The notes under the pieces: model-generated | Database searches by the model: none | Told to the model about the DNA's origin: nothing | What the model saw: only the letters and a program-made list of their open reading frames with translations | Shown here: positions 1-13,264 of the stretch, piece by piece | Layout of the letters: the number at the start of each line of letters is the position of its first letter | Position numbering within the stretch: the stretch's first letter is position 1 | Source of the DNA: Trichoplax adhaerens | Taxonomy: Eukaryota > Animalia > Placozoa | Length of the DNA: 64,000 nucleotides | Assembly (NCBI RefSeq): GCF_000150275.1 | Contig: NW_002060944.1 | Span: 561,614-625,613, forward strand | Direction of reading: 5' to 3' | Program-made: the position numbers and the translations under genes

Positions 1-234
1 GCTTAAGTCTGCTAAGAGCATTAAAATAGAAACTTTTTAAGTGGTTAAAATCAACCGTTTTAGAATGGTCATACCTAAATCGATTATCAAAATACGATAT
101 TACATTATTATTATTCAGTTTTAGCATGCTTAGAGTACTGGAATAGACATTATGCATTATTAACATTTCACTTTAGTATACTTAGAGTACTGGAATAGAA
201 CTAAGATAAGCATATCACAGAATTTCTTATATAC

Positions 235-3200
235 CATTTAGCATCAAGTAGTGCCTGGGATAGTTCATGAAGCAGTAATCCTGTTCTTTTATGTTCAATC
301 ATAGTCTATTAATCATAATAGATATACAAATAAGGCTTAAAATTGTACATAATATAATAGCTTCTGATTATAAAATCGATTCTATCGATAAGCCCACTAC
401 CAAAAGAAACGATTATCTATCCGGATTGTTACCATTAATGCGTTACATCTCCAATTATCTTTAGAGCTCTTTTTTAAATGCCTTTCGACACTTGGTCCTG
501 GATCCAATAAAGAGTAATCATACACAACCTAGTAAAATGAAAAAGAAAGTTGCTAAGAAAATGCATTCGATGCGGGCATGATTGATGTGTTTAGTAGGTA
601 TTTCTATTTCCCATCTTTATAGGTAAATTTCAATCAGATGATTTTATAGCATAGTATCCATTCTAAATTGAAACGAAATCATAACTACACGGATGAATTA
701 TACAGGTTGTAGCCCAGGACTACATAATTATTCACAAATTTAAATAATCAATGTCAAATAGTGACTTAATTTGTGAATATAATATTGAGTAAGTGTAAAT
801 TAAACATCGAGTCGTGTCTATCGCCAAAAATTATGTGCTAACACAGTATTATGCTCAACGAATCGTGCACAAATGTCTATAATTTTTATATCTCTTCGAT
901 TGATTTAAAGTAGATTTTTTAAAAGAGATCATTTTGATAAAACTTTGAAATCTATTTCAGCAATTTTCTCTATTAAAAATAGAATTTCTATATGCTAACT
1001 CCATCGAAAAGTAATGCTAAGTGTCTATGGTGATACTTTAATTATCAAAATTTCAGTTACGTAATAGTTCTATTTCTAAAATAAACTTAGAGAAGAAGAA
1101 AATTATAGTCTGTTGATAAGATTTTAAGTCAATATATCGACTATGAATTAAAAGATACCAACCGTTTTATCCATACTTCCACTTGCACTCCTTGCAATAG
1201 ATAAATCCATTACAACCTAACCCCAAAAGGATAGTTAACATGGAACACAAATGTGGTAATACTAAGAGAAATCCTCTAAACGGTACAAAATTTCACCTTT
1301 GCAACCACTGGCAGTTTCTCTATCAAATTTTGCATGACAGAGTAACCTTTGCTATCAATTCTATTTAAAATTTCTCCACTCCTAATGAAATAAACCAATA
1401 ACATCATTAATAGCGAAAAAGAGTTTTCAATATTTAAAACGGTTTAAAAAAATTAAAGGGATTATGGCTGTTGGATCTTTAGAATAGCGGTTGACGCATT
1501 ATTCTACAATTTTGCTAGATAAAGCAATACACTACCTTTTATGCTTGACAATTAATAGCGCAGCTTCTTCATTTTCGCCTTCAATAGCGAGATCTAAGCA
1601 GGTTTTAGCTTCAATAGTAGCCAATGTTATATCGCTACCACTTTCAAGTAACATTTTTACGACAGCGCTCGATCCTTGACTGGCTGCTAAATGCAAAGGT
1701 GTTTCCTAAATAATATCAACAAGATTATAATTACTAATGATTCATCTTTTTAAGCATAGTAGCTGATTCTGGAAAGATACGATAGTTAAATTTTACGATA
1801 AGCATGATGTTAAAATTAAAGAAAGCTATTAGGAAATTTCGATCTTTTACAAGATAGAAATCAAGTATTGCGTAGCTCATTCTACAACTTTTTATCTTTT
1901 AAAGCTATTACCAAGCGAGAATTGATTCGATTTACATCAGCTCCATTTTGCAGCAGCAATTTTCCTACTTGTGCAAAACCTTTCGATGCAGCATATTCTA
2001 ATGGGGTCATGTAGCTGCCATCTCTACAATCAAGATCATAGAAGTGATGATAGTTTTACAAGAATGGATCATATGTAACTGCAATATTTAAAATTTTAAA
2101 ATTGAATACTATCACGCGATCGGTATTTCCGATTCAATAAAAGTCGTCGAACTTAATCACCTTTTCTCGACATCTACACCATATTTTAACAGCATTGCCG
2201 TTACTTCTACTGAATTATTAATTACAGCAAAATGCAATGGAGTTCTTGATTTCTCTCCCAAAGAATTGACTGCTGATAGAGAAGTTTCACATAAATATTT
2301 AGCGATAAGTAGATCACCTTTCCTGTAAAAAAGATGAGAGCTAATTCAGAATCATTATTTTATTTAATAGCAGATACTGAACATTAAATTTTTGTTTATT
2401 GCATCATTTTAATTGAACATCAAATTCTACATTTATGAAGACAGAATATTATATCAGATATTATCCGCATCGATACTATCTGAACAGCTCAAAAAAAGTC
2501 CAAATTGAAATGTTAATAGGATTTAATTTGGAAATAATGCCTATTTTATACTGATGCTAAATAACTTACGCGCAAGCTAGATGAAGTGGTATATCATCAT
2601 CATCGTCATGACTATCCACAATTGCTCCATTACTAACTAAAACCTCAACAATCTAATAAGTAAATGCATAGATAGAAACAAGAGTTTTAGAAATTCTAAT
2701 TTTTGAAGTAGTAAAGAGATAGATATTGTTTCTGGTAAAATAAACGTTAAAGCACTCTCTTAACCTGATGACTTCCACTCTCCACTGCATAATGTAAAGG
2801 TGTTTTCTCAAAATTGTCCGATGAATTTAGAAATTTACCAGCTGGTGTCTACAAATTTTTAATGCAAATTACTTAGGTTATAACTAGATTCAATAAAAGT
2901 GATAATATAAACTACAAGTAAAATTATTTCAATACTGAGTAATCAATAAGTCGATTTATAACTTATTGCGCTTATCAATAGATTCAATACGAATGATCTG
3001 ATAACTTAGTTTATTATTCTAATTATTTTAATATTGAATAATCAATAAGTCCATGTATAACTTACTCTTATTAAATGTTGAATTAATTGTAAGTGACCAT
3101 TTTGGACAGCAAGATGGAGACAACTTCGTTGTACTTCATCAACGGAAGAAATATTTGCATTACGTTGGAGTAAGTAGTCGATTACCGCAATATGGCCTTT

Positions 3201-6200
3201 AGCTGCTGCACATAGTAAAGGTGTCTTTTTTGTATGATCGACTGCATTAATATCAGAACCCTATCAGATAATAAATTATAATTTTAGTTCATTCTATGGC
3301 TTAGCTTGCCCTCATTCCTAATCATGACCTAAGCCTATCACTACGAGGATACCCAACTCTTTTCTTAAATTATGCTCTGTTTACAAATTAATCATTCCGA
3401 GATATGTAGTCAGGTAAGTATAAACATTCTTCAAGATTTTTGCATCAATGCTGCACGATTACTAATTTTGTTTAAAAGCAACGTCCAAATCAAAATCAAA
3501 GTAGTCTTCCTAATCTAGCCAAAGTAGAAATATATCTAATCACAATTACATCTATACAAGTATTTCAGACAGTCACTTATGGTGGATAATCGATAGGTAA
3601 AATGAGAACAATTTTTTAAAATGATGAATGATACAAGACCACATTAGCCGTCATTTAAGCCAAAACGGGAGATAAATATCTGCTTATAATGTGTTTGTAC
3701 GAGTATACAAGTACTTCTAGATAATCACTTATTGTGGATGACAGATAGGTAAAATGAGAATATATTTTAGTGTGATGGGCGGATCAAGGCAACTCTAGCC
3801 TTCGTCTTAATAGGAGAAAGTGAATTTTGTAGTACTTACTAATTCGATGAGCAATTCCATGATAGGTAAGTGGCCGTATAAACTAGCTAGAAAAAACGGT
3901 GTTCGATACTGATAGTTGTGGATGTTTACTGCAGCTCCTTGATCGACCAGCAATTTGGTAGCCTCATAGTAGCCATTAGCCGCTGTAATATGCAAAGCTG
4001 ACCAGCCATCTTTCTATACCATCACAACAAGATATGAACAAAGATATTATTGTAAGACTAAGAAGTGAATGAAATAATTTTAACTATGACTGTTATATGG
4101 TAATCATTATCGTAGGAAACGTAAATAACATTTGTATTTACGAAAAGTGAATAAGGGATGACTCAAGTACTATAACAAAGGAAACCATCATTTTCTATTA
4201 ATATTCTTACTTGTACGGAGTTGATATTGGTTCCATTCTCTAAGCATATCTCCATAGCCTAGTAGCAAATAGGATAATTAAGTTATTGATCATTCTATAA
4301 TTTTGATATACAAAATGCGGACATTTTATATATGCTAACAATATTTAAATAATCCAGGATATAGCTAATAAACTAAGACTGCTGTTAAATTTATTTCCTA
4401 TAAAGGATTAATTATTTCTCTCATCACCTTCGCATGCCCGCCCTGAGCCGCACGATGGAACGGAAATTGCTTTTCGTTGTCTTCACAGATTAGAAGATCA
4501 ACAGCCGACAATCCAAAGCTGGACGCAATTTGTAAAAATAATTTTAGAACTTGAGAATGACCTTTGGATGCTGCGCTATGGATTGGCGTACTACCATCAA
4601 TTGCTTGGGCTAACAAGTTGCTTTTATGTTTGAGCTGTAAGAACGTGTAAGATATTAATAAAGTGTCATTTAATTAGCCTTACAATATAGCACCATAATG
4701 GAAGATAGATTTATATAATTTAATCCATGCAAGGAAATCTTTCGTTTAAACTTCAAATTCAAAATGTTTTATTGCTAAATAATACTGCTGAGATAACGAT
4801 ATGACTGAATTCAAAACAGAAATCTACGCTAAGAAGTAGAACAATAGATACTTTTATATCTATGCGATAATCAAGCTCAATAGCTTACAAGATGTTGGCA
4901 GACTTCAAGTCTTCCTCTCATGGCGGCCTGATGCAATGGAGTATTCAAATCATCATCCACAACGTTGACTTCAAGTAAGTTGTGTTCAGTAATATACTAA
5001 TATCAGTGATATAATTTAGACAAGTTGAGCAATCTTTCAATATTGCCAATATAATACCATATCACCTCAAAATTAAATTATTTAAATTATCATTGCAAGA
5101 GAAGCGATAATGATATACTTTAGAAATCTTTCAGAAGAGTTGAAATTCAATTTATCACCTACCTTACAAATCTTTAAATGGCCCAATTTGCTAGCTTCAT
5201 GAAGTACTGTGTTACCTTGATCATCGACTAATTTAAAGTCAGCACCTGCTTCATGCAAGACTTCAAAACTAGCCAAGCTGTTATATTTAGCGGCCATAAA
5301 TAAAGGAGTATTTCCATCATAACCTCGAATATTAGCATCTAGTGGTAGCATATACAAATGCAAAATGCCATATTAATTAGTAAAATTGGCATAGGTAAAT
5401 ATGTGAAACTATTCTTTCGGAGTTAAAGGTGTGATTTATATTTTTTTAACGTTACATATCTTATAGTTTATGTTCATAAATTGTACGGACTTTTAAAGGA
5501 GAGAAGATGGAGTAATGTTATGTACCTGCACCATGAGAGACTAACGTCTTAACTACATCGACGCGATTACCACGGGCTGCATAGTGCAAGGGTGCCATCT
5601 GATGTTCATCTAAGTTATTGCAAGCATTTTTTTCATCGGAAAGTGTATTGAAATGATTTTCTACTGCAGCGACATCACCAAATTTTGCAGCCTGGGTACG
5701 ATCATGTCGTTAATGAAACAATAATAATAAAAAGCAATCAATATTAACCTCTAATTCCCCCCAAAAGTGAACTATTATAATGCTAGACTTACTACATGGA
5801 ATAGCACATGCACGGTCGAAATAGCGTCGTGCACGTCAAATTATTTGATCAGTAAGCGATAAAAAATTAATTGACTATCGCAGGGCTAAGACCTATACCG
5901 TACGAACTATTAGTTACTGAATACTAGCTCCGTCCTATCGAGTTCTATCGTTTTGACTCGACAAAAATTATCACTATCCTTGGATATACTTACCCAAAAG
6001 AGATCTTTAAAATATTCAGTTTCCGATCGCCTAACGGTAGTAACTTGATTCTAGACGAAAAATTAAAAAAATTGTTATACCAAAGAACATTTTAGTTTAT
6101 AAATAACTTCCAGTTTTGCTGCTTATTAGGTATCAGTACCTAAATTTTATCATTTGATGACTAATTTCAAATGCAAAGTGAGCAAAATTACAGTAATTAT

Positions 6201-6775
6201 TTATGCTATAAAGTATTATGAAGTATTATTGTAAGTAGATACATTTTGTATGCGTTAAAGGAGGAAGTATTATTTAGAAAAATTTACATAAATTTTAGTG
6301 ATTTCATCAATTCAGTATATTATTGTATCTATATTTTAATAACATGCAGTACTGTTCGATGCTAACAGTAAATAGTCTTTTGGAATCCGTACTGGAATCA
6401 ATAATAAAACACTATAACTTTTAAGTAATATCTCGAATAATTTCAAAATAAGATGTAGCCAGATAAGATAAGATCTACATTTAATCGCAATTAACGCTAC
6501 CAATCTTATCGTCCTTCGTTATATAATTTAATGTTAGCATGAAAGTATAACAAAAGATATAATGAACCATTTACAAACAAAACACTGTCCTTAGCAGCCT
6601 ACCGTCAAGGTTTTATCGCCTATTTTATAACGTTATAGCAAATCCATCTGTTCACTGCATTTATGATTAGTAAAAATTCAAAATTATCATAAAAAAGTCT
6701 ATATTTATTTACCATGTCTTTCATGTCAATCTCAAGGACTGGCTGCACAGTCAACCATCTGTGCATTCGATTCAT
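235..6775 (-). CDS. TRPA1: TRPA1-like channel, copy A: exons 1-18 (ankyrin-repeat N-terminus to pre-S1); gene continues off the left edge
   Basis: Hand-spliced GT-AG exons: 6713-6775, 5994-6050, 5526-5691, 5163-5338, 4889-4996, 4428-4634, 4211-4258, 3840-4013, 3066-3260, 2765-2848, 2570-2652, 2161-2322, 1912-2023, 1536-1705, 1297-1381, 1163-1216, 433-528, 235-305. Open frame with about 17 ankyrin repeats (APLHYAARGN, TPLHQAAMRG, TPLHLAASQG) and TRPA1-type linker LIEKLP...MD...YDYSLLDP...LLLHELSQALLDAKW. Confidence 0.9.
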
Positions 6776-7258
6776 TATGCTAATATTCAGTCTTTAAATT
6801 CCGTTAAAGTAAGCTGTAGAAGTACTTATGAATAATTTTCAAGAATTGAATCTAATAGCGAGTTCAATTTTATCGCTCAATTTTGCTTTGAGTCAGAGTA
6901 GCCTAATACGCAGGAAGAAAAATCGATTCTGAATAACATCTTGTTTGATTTGAGTTTATTATACATCGAGTATTGCTCCAGGGCTTAAGATATTAACAAT
7001 ATAACGAGTAATAGCCAATTCAATCTTTAAAGCAATCCTGCTGCTATTTTTGGTGTGACAATTTTGGATTATACGTAAAATTGAGGCAAATATAAACAGA
7101 CAATGCCACCTGCTTGAATATAGTTACGTCAGAACTTACGTCTAGTGTAAAGATATTAGACATGGAATAGATCTTGAATGTACCTATTGTAAAATGTCAT
7201 AGTCCCGATTAGCATAATAATATTCTTTCGCTTTGTCATCATGATGAATATTAATGCT

Positions 7259-7283
7259 ATTACTTAGCAACAACGTGACGTCA
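7259..7283. promoter_or_regulatory. X-box (RFX)-like motif ATTACTTAGCAAC with adjacent perfect CRE palindrome TGACGTCA upstream of copy A
   Basis: Motif 7259-7271 recurs at the same distance from the ATG in copies B and C; TGACGTCA at 7276-7283. Confidence 0.4.
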
Positions 7284-9119
7284 TTCAATAATGAACTTAT
7301 TAGCATCTTTAGAACTGACTGAATATGGGAATGCTCATAATGGGAACCAGTTCATTAGCAATCTATGAAGATGATAAGATTACCTAAGCTGCAATCAGAT
7401 AAACAGCGCTTCTAAACAGATTATAATATCAAGAAATAGGTCCTGTATGATTCAGTGATCCATACATGCAAAGGTAGTATACAAGTTTAGCCTTATCTTA
7501 CAGCAATTGTATAGCAGTATAAGCTTCAAAGAAACTCTACCTATTAATTAGTTGTTACAGAATATGTTATATAGAATATATTCTATTTCTCTATCGATTA
7601 ACTAATTGCTGTACCTGGCACAGCATAACCTGATTGTTTATTTTCATATAATCCAGGTAAAGTAAATTAAACTCTAAATGGGGTAATCGTTTCTACCTCA
7701 TCTATTACTGATGACGAAAATCTAACTTTATGTTTATTCACTTAAGATTGATATATTACTTGCTTAGAAGAAGTATCCTTTAGTGGGAAAAGGTATCTAA
7801 ATGGTAGTGAAGCGATATTTTGAAATAGGATGGAGTCACTTCAATTTCGTGTTCGTAATAAAAGTCTTATTACCTATGATATGAGCTTTAAATACTTCAT
7901 TAGCTTAGATTCAAATCTCATCGACTATAAAATGTACCTTAAGATCGAAATTAATATTTTCATCCTACTCATACGTAAAAGATAAATGTAAATCTAAAGT
8001 AATACATTATTATGGATAAACCACTCTGCTTTATACATGTAGTAAGCTTAAATTTGAACCCTATCGACTTTAAAAAATAACATAAGATCAAAGTTTAAGT
8101 TTCCATCCACTTCTATATGGGAGATAAACATAAGTCCAAAGTTACACCTTACTGTTAACAAATTACTCTGCTTTATATACTGATGGTTCGAGTATTCCAA
8201 AAATAGATTTTAAAGAGGTTGAGACACAAGGTCAGAATTCAAAACAAAATATGATCAATAATGTGTGTTCTCATTATAATATCATATTTGTTTTTAAATA
8301 GAACAGATCACAATAGTTACGACCTAACTAAATCAATACTACAGAACTTCACATTGTCTATCATATCCTATCTATCTATTGCATTTATTGTAAAGAATTC
8401 ATAAATAATATAAATTATACCTCTTGCCATATTAATGTAGTCATTACAAAGAGAGAGAGAGCATCAAGTAGTTGCATAGAAAAGGTAGCACTATTGCATG
8501 GCAAGATAATCAGATTTAAGTGTGACTGACATTCAAAATATTCATAGACGATCTAATAGGGATTATTAGGCTAGACATAGTCAACGCCTAATCATTTTCG
8601 AGCTACAAAATCAGTCTATATCTAGGAATATCATGTCATAATGGATAGAATATAGTAAGACTTGTTTTCGCGATAGTCCTAACTGTATATATTTTTAAGG
8701 ATCGGTTCATTATTCAAGGTTGACGATCTTGCGGAATGCTAATCTGTATGGCACCATGATTGTACTAACGTTTATTTATTATTGATTATTTAATTTTATT
8801 CAAATCTATCCGAATATAGGGTTTGGTGGTGATAAACCAACGTCGCGAGTAGTCCGATCACATAAAGGAAAACAAACGATCTATTCAATAATGATCTATA
8901 TTTGACTTTTAAAACCCTTGTACTTTTTAAATGATAGCTCGGGGGTAATTAACGCAATACATAGATCTTCATGGTTCCAATTTTCCTTTATTTTATACCA
9001 GAATAAGCTACATCATTAAAAGTATAGAATTGTTTCGGACGTTTATAATAGAATGAAATGCGATAATGAAATCTTTTATCCTTAAAGTTAATGTAACATT
9101 TAGTATCTTAATTATTTCT

Positions 9120-9527
9120 TATCACGGTACGAACTACCGTGAAGAAATAGCTATCTAAATTAGGTTAATATAATATAGTGATATTATATTACAACTAGTT
9201 ACTTACAATAGGAATGACTCTAATTATAAATGTGTTACAGTAAATTTAATGCTGTGCTGTAATGTGTACTGAAATGATTCTGTGAATGGACATATTGTAG
9301 TCCGACTGTGAAAAACTAGTTAGTAGATGTTCTCACCCAAGTATTTTTATAAGATGACTTGTGAATGTTAGCTGCTGTAGAAGGGTATATAAACCCGTCA
9401 GATAGTTGAGTTTAACGTAGAATCGAAGGCGTCTAAATTCTTGTGAGTAGGGATACTGAATCTCGGAGACTATAGTAATTTAGAGATTTGTTTTACGTTA
9501 TCCTTGTCACGAAGCTGGTTCGTGACA
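9120..9527 (+). mobile_element. Solo-LTR-like element (408 bp)
   Basis: Ends TATCAC...GTGACA, 5-bp TSD TTTCT (9115-9119 / 9528-9532), TATA-like GTATATAAA, homologous to 32205-32771. Confidence 0.8.
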
Positions 9528-9960
9528 TTTCTACAGTCCTTAGTTATATAAGAAAAGCAATTATAGCAATGATTATTATCACTAAATTATCTTCGGTCAT
9601 TATTTTATGAGGGCAATTCCCCAAACCATCTTTCTTTGCTAACTTTGTAAATACTTGCTTCCGCTGGCTTTGATGCCAACGTGAATTATACCATTCCTTA
9701 ATCCTGCTCGCATCGTTAGAAAGACTAATCTTGATGAAGCAGCTTCTCTTGTTCTGCTCCACTTTATTGATGCAAAGTATTTCTCTGAGCACAATGGATA
9801 ATATACTATGTAATACTGTAATCAATTCCTTATAGAACGATTATTCTTGAAATCGAATAGTTATCTGTAATAATTGAATACCTAACTAGGAAATATCAGG
9901 GTGTGATTAATTAATTTATTAGAAAGTCATTCGAATATGAATTATGAATTGGTTATACGA

Positions 9961-12900
9961 TTATATAATAATATCCTTTTCAAAAATTTTATTTAATTTT
10001 TCTCTCATTTCAGAGTTAATTTTCAACAAGTAATTTACTTGATGAGCCATCATTTTCACCCTATAATTATGTAGCAATGATAATGAATATTTATTAAGTT
10101 ATTATTCTAAAATACAATTTTAAATTGCCTTAATCGTTAAAGAAATAAAAATAAATTGTATTAATTCGTACTTTATACGCAGAGAATGAATATTAATTAC
10201 CATTAGGGTAAATCTATTAAGATACTGTAGGCTTTCTGTCATCATTACCTTCTGCCATGATTCGAAGCAATTTCTTTCAACTCACGAACATCGTTTTCTA
10301 CTGCACTGGATTGACTAACTTCGATCATATCTTGACTCAAATTATTTTGAATCTAAAAAAGACATAGTTTGAATGTGTAATTAAACTTTAGTCCGGGGTT
10401 AAATAGTTGTAAATAATAGATCACTGCATTGAACGAATCTGATACTGAGCTATTCTTCGATAATAATAAATACTAAATACTTACAATAAGAGTTACTTTG
10501 ATTATTATATTTCAGTAAATTATATGTTGCACCCTAAACTGAAATTCTTATACGTTAACTGAGGTTAAACAATTGCAGAACTATCCTTTGTAATTCCAAG
10601 TATCACTAAAGTTATGTTATATCATAATTAATCTTATTAGCAGATATATTGTAGTCTAACTATGTAGGATTAGTTATCTAATATCTGTATCAATAAAAAA
10701 GCTATGTCAGTTTGGTAATTCATTGCTTCAGTTTATGACAACAGCATTGATAAGTGCCTTATGTTGATATTATAGAAGTATGTTCATGCTCTGCAGGTTG
10801 CAATATTATAAGATATTATCTCTTCTCTAACTGAATTTAACGTAAAAGCAAAAGTTTCTTTAGTCTTTGCGAAATTTATTAATGTAGAAGGAACTAGAAA
10901 TTCCTTATATTCTCGTAAGCTCAATGATTTATTTCTGCCGTATATCTTGCCGAAAAGCTAATTTATGATAACATCAAATGAGTAGCGATTGCTAAAATAT
11001 ATCGGAAAGTAAAATTATCTAGAATATCGTTTCAAAGAATACTAAACTATCAATTCTAAACTTGTTCATGGAATAAGCCTTGCTTGAAGCAAGAATCAGT
11101 ACTTACTTGAGTGAACAATCCCCGCTCTCGTTTTTCCTCCTTACTGATATAAAATTTCTTCCTTAGAAAGTAAGGTAACGAATTTTTCAATTTGGTCCAT
11201 GAATTGTACTTGAATGTTCAAACAACTCAGAACGGCATTTCTTTCAATTTTATGTATATCGCCTACGGCTAAATCAACCTATATAGTAAAGTTAAATATC
11301 AGTTACGGCTATCAAGATATTGTATATCAGCTACATATTTTGTTTACCATCAGGTTCATTGCAGCAATCGGCATAACAATGATAAAGCCAAAATAAAAGA
11401 TTAGCGCAAGAACATTATAAGGAGCTAATGTTTTTCCGTTATATATAGGATCAAAGAAGACTTCGATATAGTCTAATTCTCCGAGTATCATATCGAAAAC
11501 TTTGATAAAAGAATATGATGCACTGCTGAAGTAAGTCTATCATAGAGGTCAAGAAAAGGAATAGATAAATACCTCAATATTCATTAATATTGTTAGCATA
11601 TTAGGAAAATGAGTTTATATGCTATCAGAGAAATTTCGAAGATTAACTTACCTTGTGACCTAGTATAATATGAAAGCTAAGTCCAAAGGCAATAATAAGA
11701 AATCCCAACATGAACCCTACCTATCGAGAATTTATACGCATACAAATCCATTAAAGAATCCAGGTAAAATACTCTTAATACAGATATCCGATTCATTCGT
11801 TGCGAATGATCATTAATACCCAATGAAATTGCATTATATTAAATATTAATACATCAGCAGATTACCTTAGCAATAGTAAGCAAGACCGATTGAAGCATGA
11901 CAACGTATATACCAAAGGTAGGTAGCCTAGGCATATTAAAAGTATTCTATCAACTATTTCAATCTTGATTACAATTACTATACAGACTTACAGTAAATTA
12001 AGGGAACTTTGCTACATTGCTTTTGAAATATTACGAAATAATAAATTAAAATCCAGTCAATAGATTGATCTATTAGCTTTTTCGGTATCTTACATGTGAG
12101 ATATAACAGTTATAATAATTATATATACTAGTATGCAACATTAAATAATATTTTCTACTTTCTATCTTTAATTGCTAAAGGAGTAGATTAAAAAATTCTC
12201 TTGCTGGATCATCCATGCATTTTGCAGATATCCACCACGCGAGATGATACAGTTATAATAATTACAGAGGTAACATAAAAAGATATTTTCTACTTTCTAT
12301 CTGGAATCGCTAAGACTAGATGTAAAACTTTTCTTGCTAAAATATTAAGAATATCTTAATTATTAAATATAGAAATGGTATAATTTATTAAAGTATTCAG
12401 CGTTTTGCAAGCAAGTAATAAATAAATTCTGACTGAAAGATCACTGGTTAATTCTACATTTGTTAAGATGGATTCATATATACAGTACAATCCTAATAGT
12501 GTTAAACCTACCGTTGCAGATAAACTATTAAATTACAGCAAGTTGATAGCAATACTACCTACGGCCCACTGAACAAAGCCAGGTTCACTTCCAGGAGCAA
12601 TAGAAAATATGATGGTAGAAATATATATCAATAATTCCACGCAATTTGTTAAGTCATGAAAGTAGGATGATTTCTGCCAAGTAAAATCAAAGATATATGT
12701 TACAGTAATCCTTTGCTGACCATTTTGTCATGGCGGTATAATGCTTTTAAATTGTTGCAAATAATGGAAAAAATCTTATACTAGCTGCTATAAATCAACC
12801 AGTGTGAAAGGCTATTAGTAAATTATAATGGTTGATGTAGTTAAAAAACACCTTACGACACATTTGAGCTAATTCTGTCATTAAATTTACCAGAGTAAAC

Positions 12901-13264
12901 AGAAGGATAATCAACTGAGAAAGGAAGATGCCTGGTCGTGAACTCTAAAATAACGATTTAAGATGTAGTCATGAACGGATTTCAAAGCACAATCCATTCT
13001 CTATTTCATTAAGGATGAATATCCTTAAAAATTTCCTATAAGTATCGTTCAAAAACAACACTTACAAATGTAAAATAGTAAAATGTAACAGTTCGATTGC
13101 CATAAGTATACGTTTCTTGAGTATATTCATAGTTAGAATAATCACCATTATAAGTAACGATATTGCCGAATGGACGCAAAGCGACAGTGAAATAGGTTAA
13201 AGCCCCAACGAGTAAGAGGCAAAGAATTAAATTAATAAAATAAATTGGGATACCAAAAGTACGC
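9961..13264 (-). pseudogene. TRPA1-like partial duplicate B': channel half only (exons 19-27), no ankyrin exons
   Basis: Exons (W)RTFGIPIYF..., SSRPGIFLSQ..., pore KVFDMILGELDY, ...KINSEMREKLN...stop at 9961. Exon 21 (12512-12673) is 162 nt versus 167 in C/D/E; exon 25 (11107-11278) is 172 versus 171; VGLAVGD has become VDLAVGD. Intron homology to copy B ends near 13425. Confidence 0.85.

Noticed and set aside
460-480. Suspected frameshift in the T/A run of copy A exon 17
   Set aside because: Recount gives 96 nt, the same as B, C and D, with an open frame.
9544-9825. 93-aa minus-strand ORF between B' and the LTR-like element
   Set aside because: No recognisable domain, non-ATG start and no counterpart in the other array units; cannot be supported without a search.
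10840-10960. Open, acceptor-preceded stretch in intron 25 of B' (LFGKIYGRNKSLSLREYKEFL...) as a possible cassette exon
   Set aside because: Homologous intron segments in B, C and E have stops or different frames, so it looks like shared intron ancestry.
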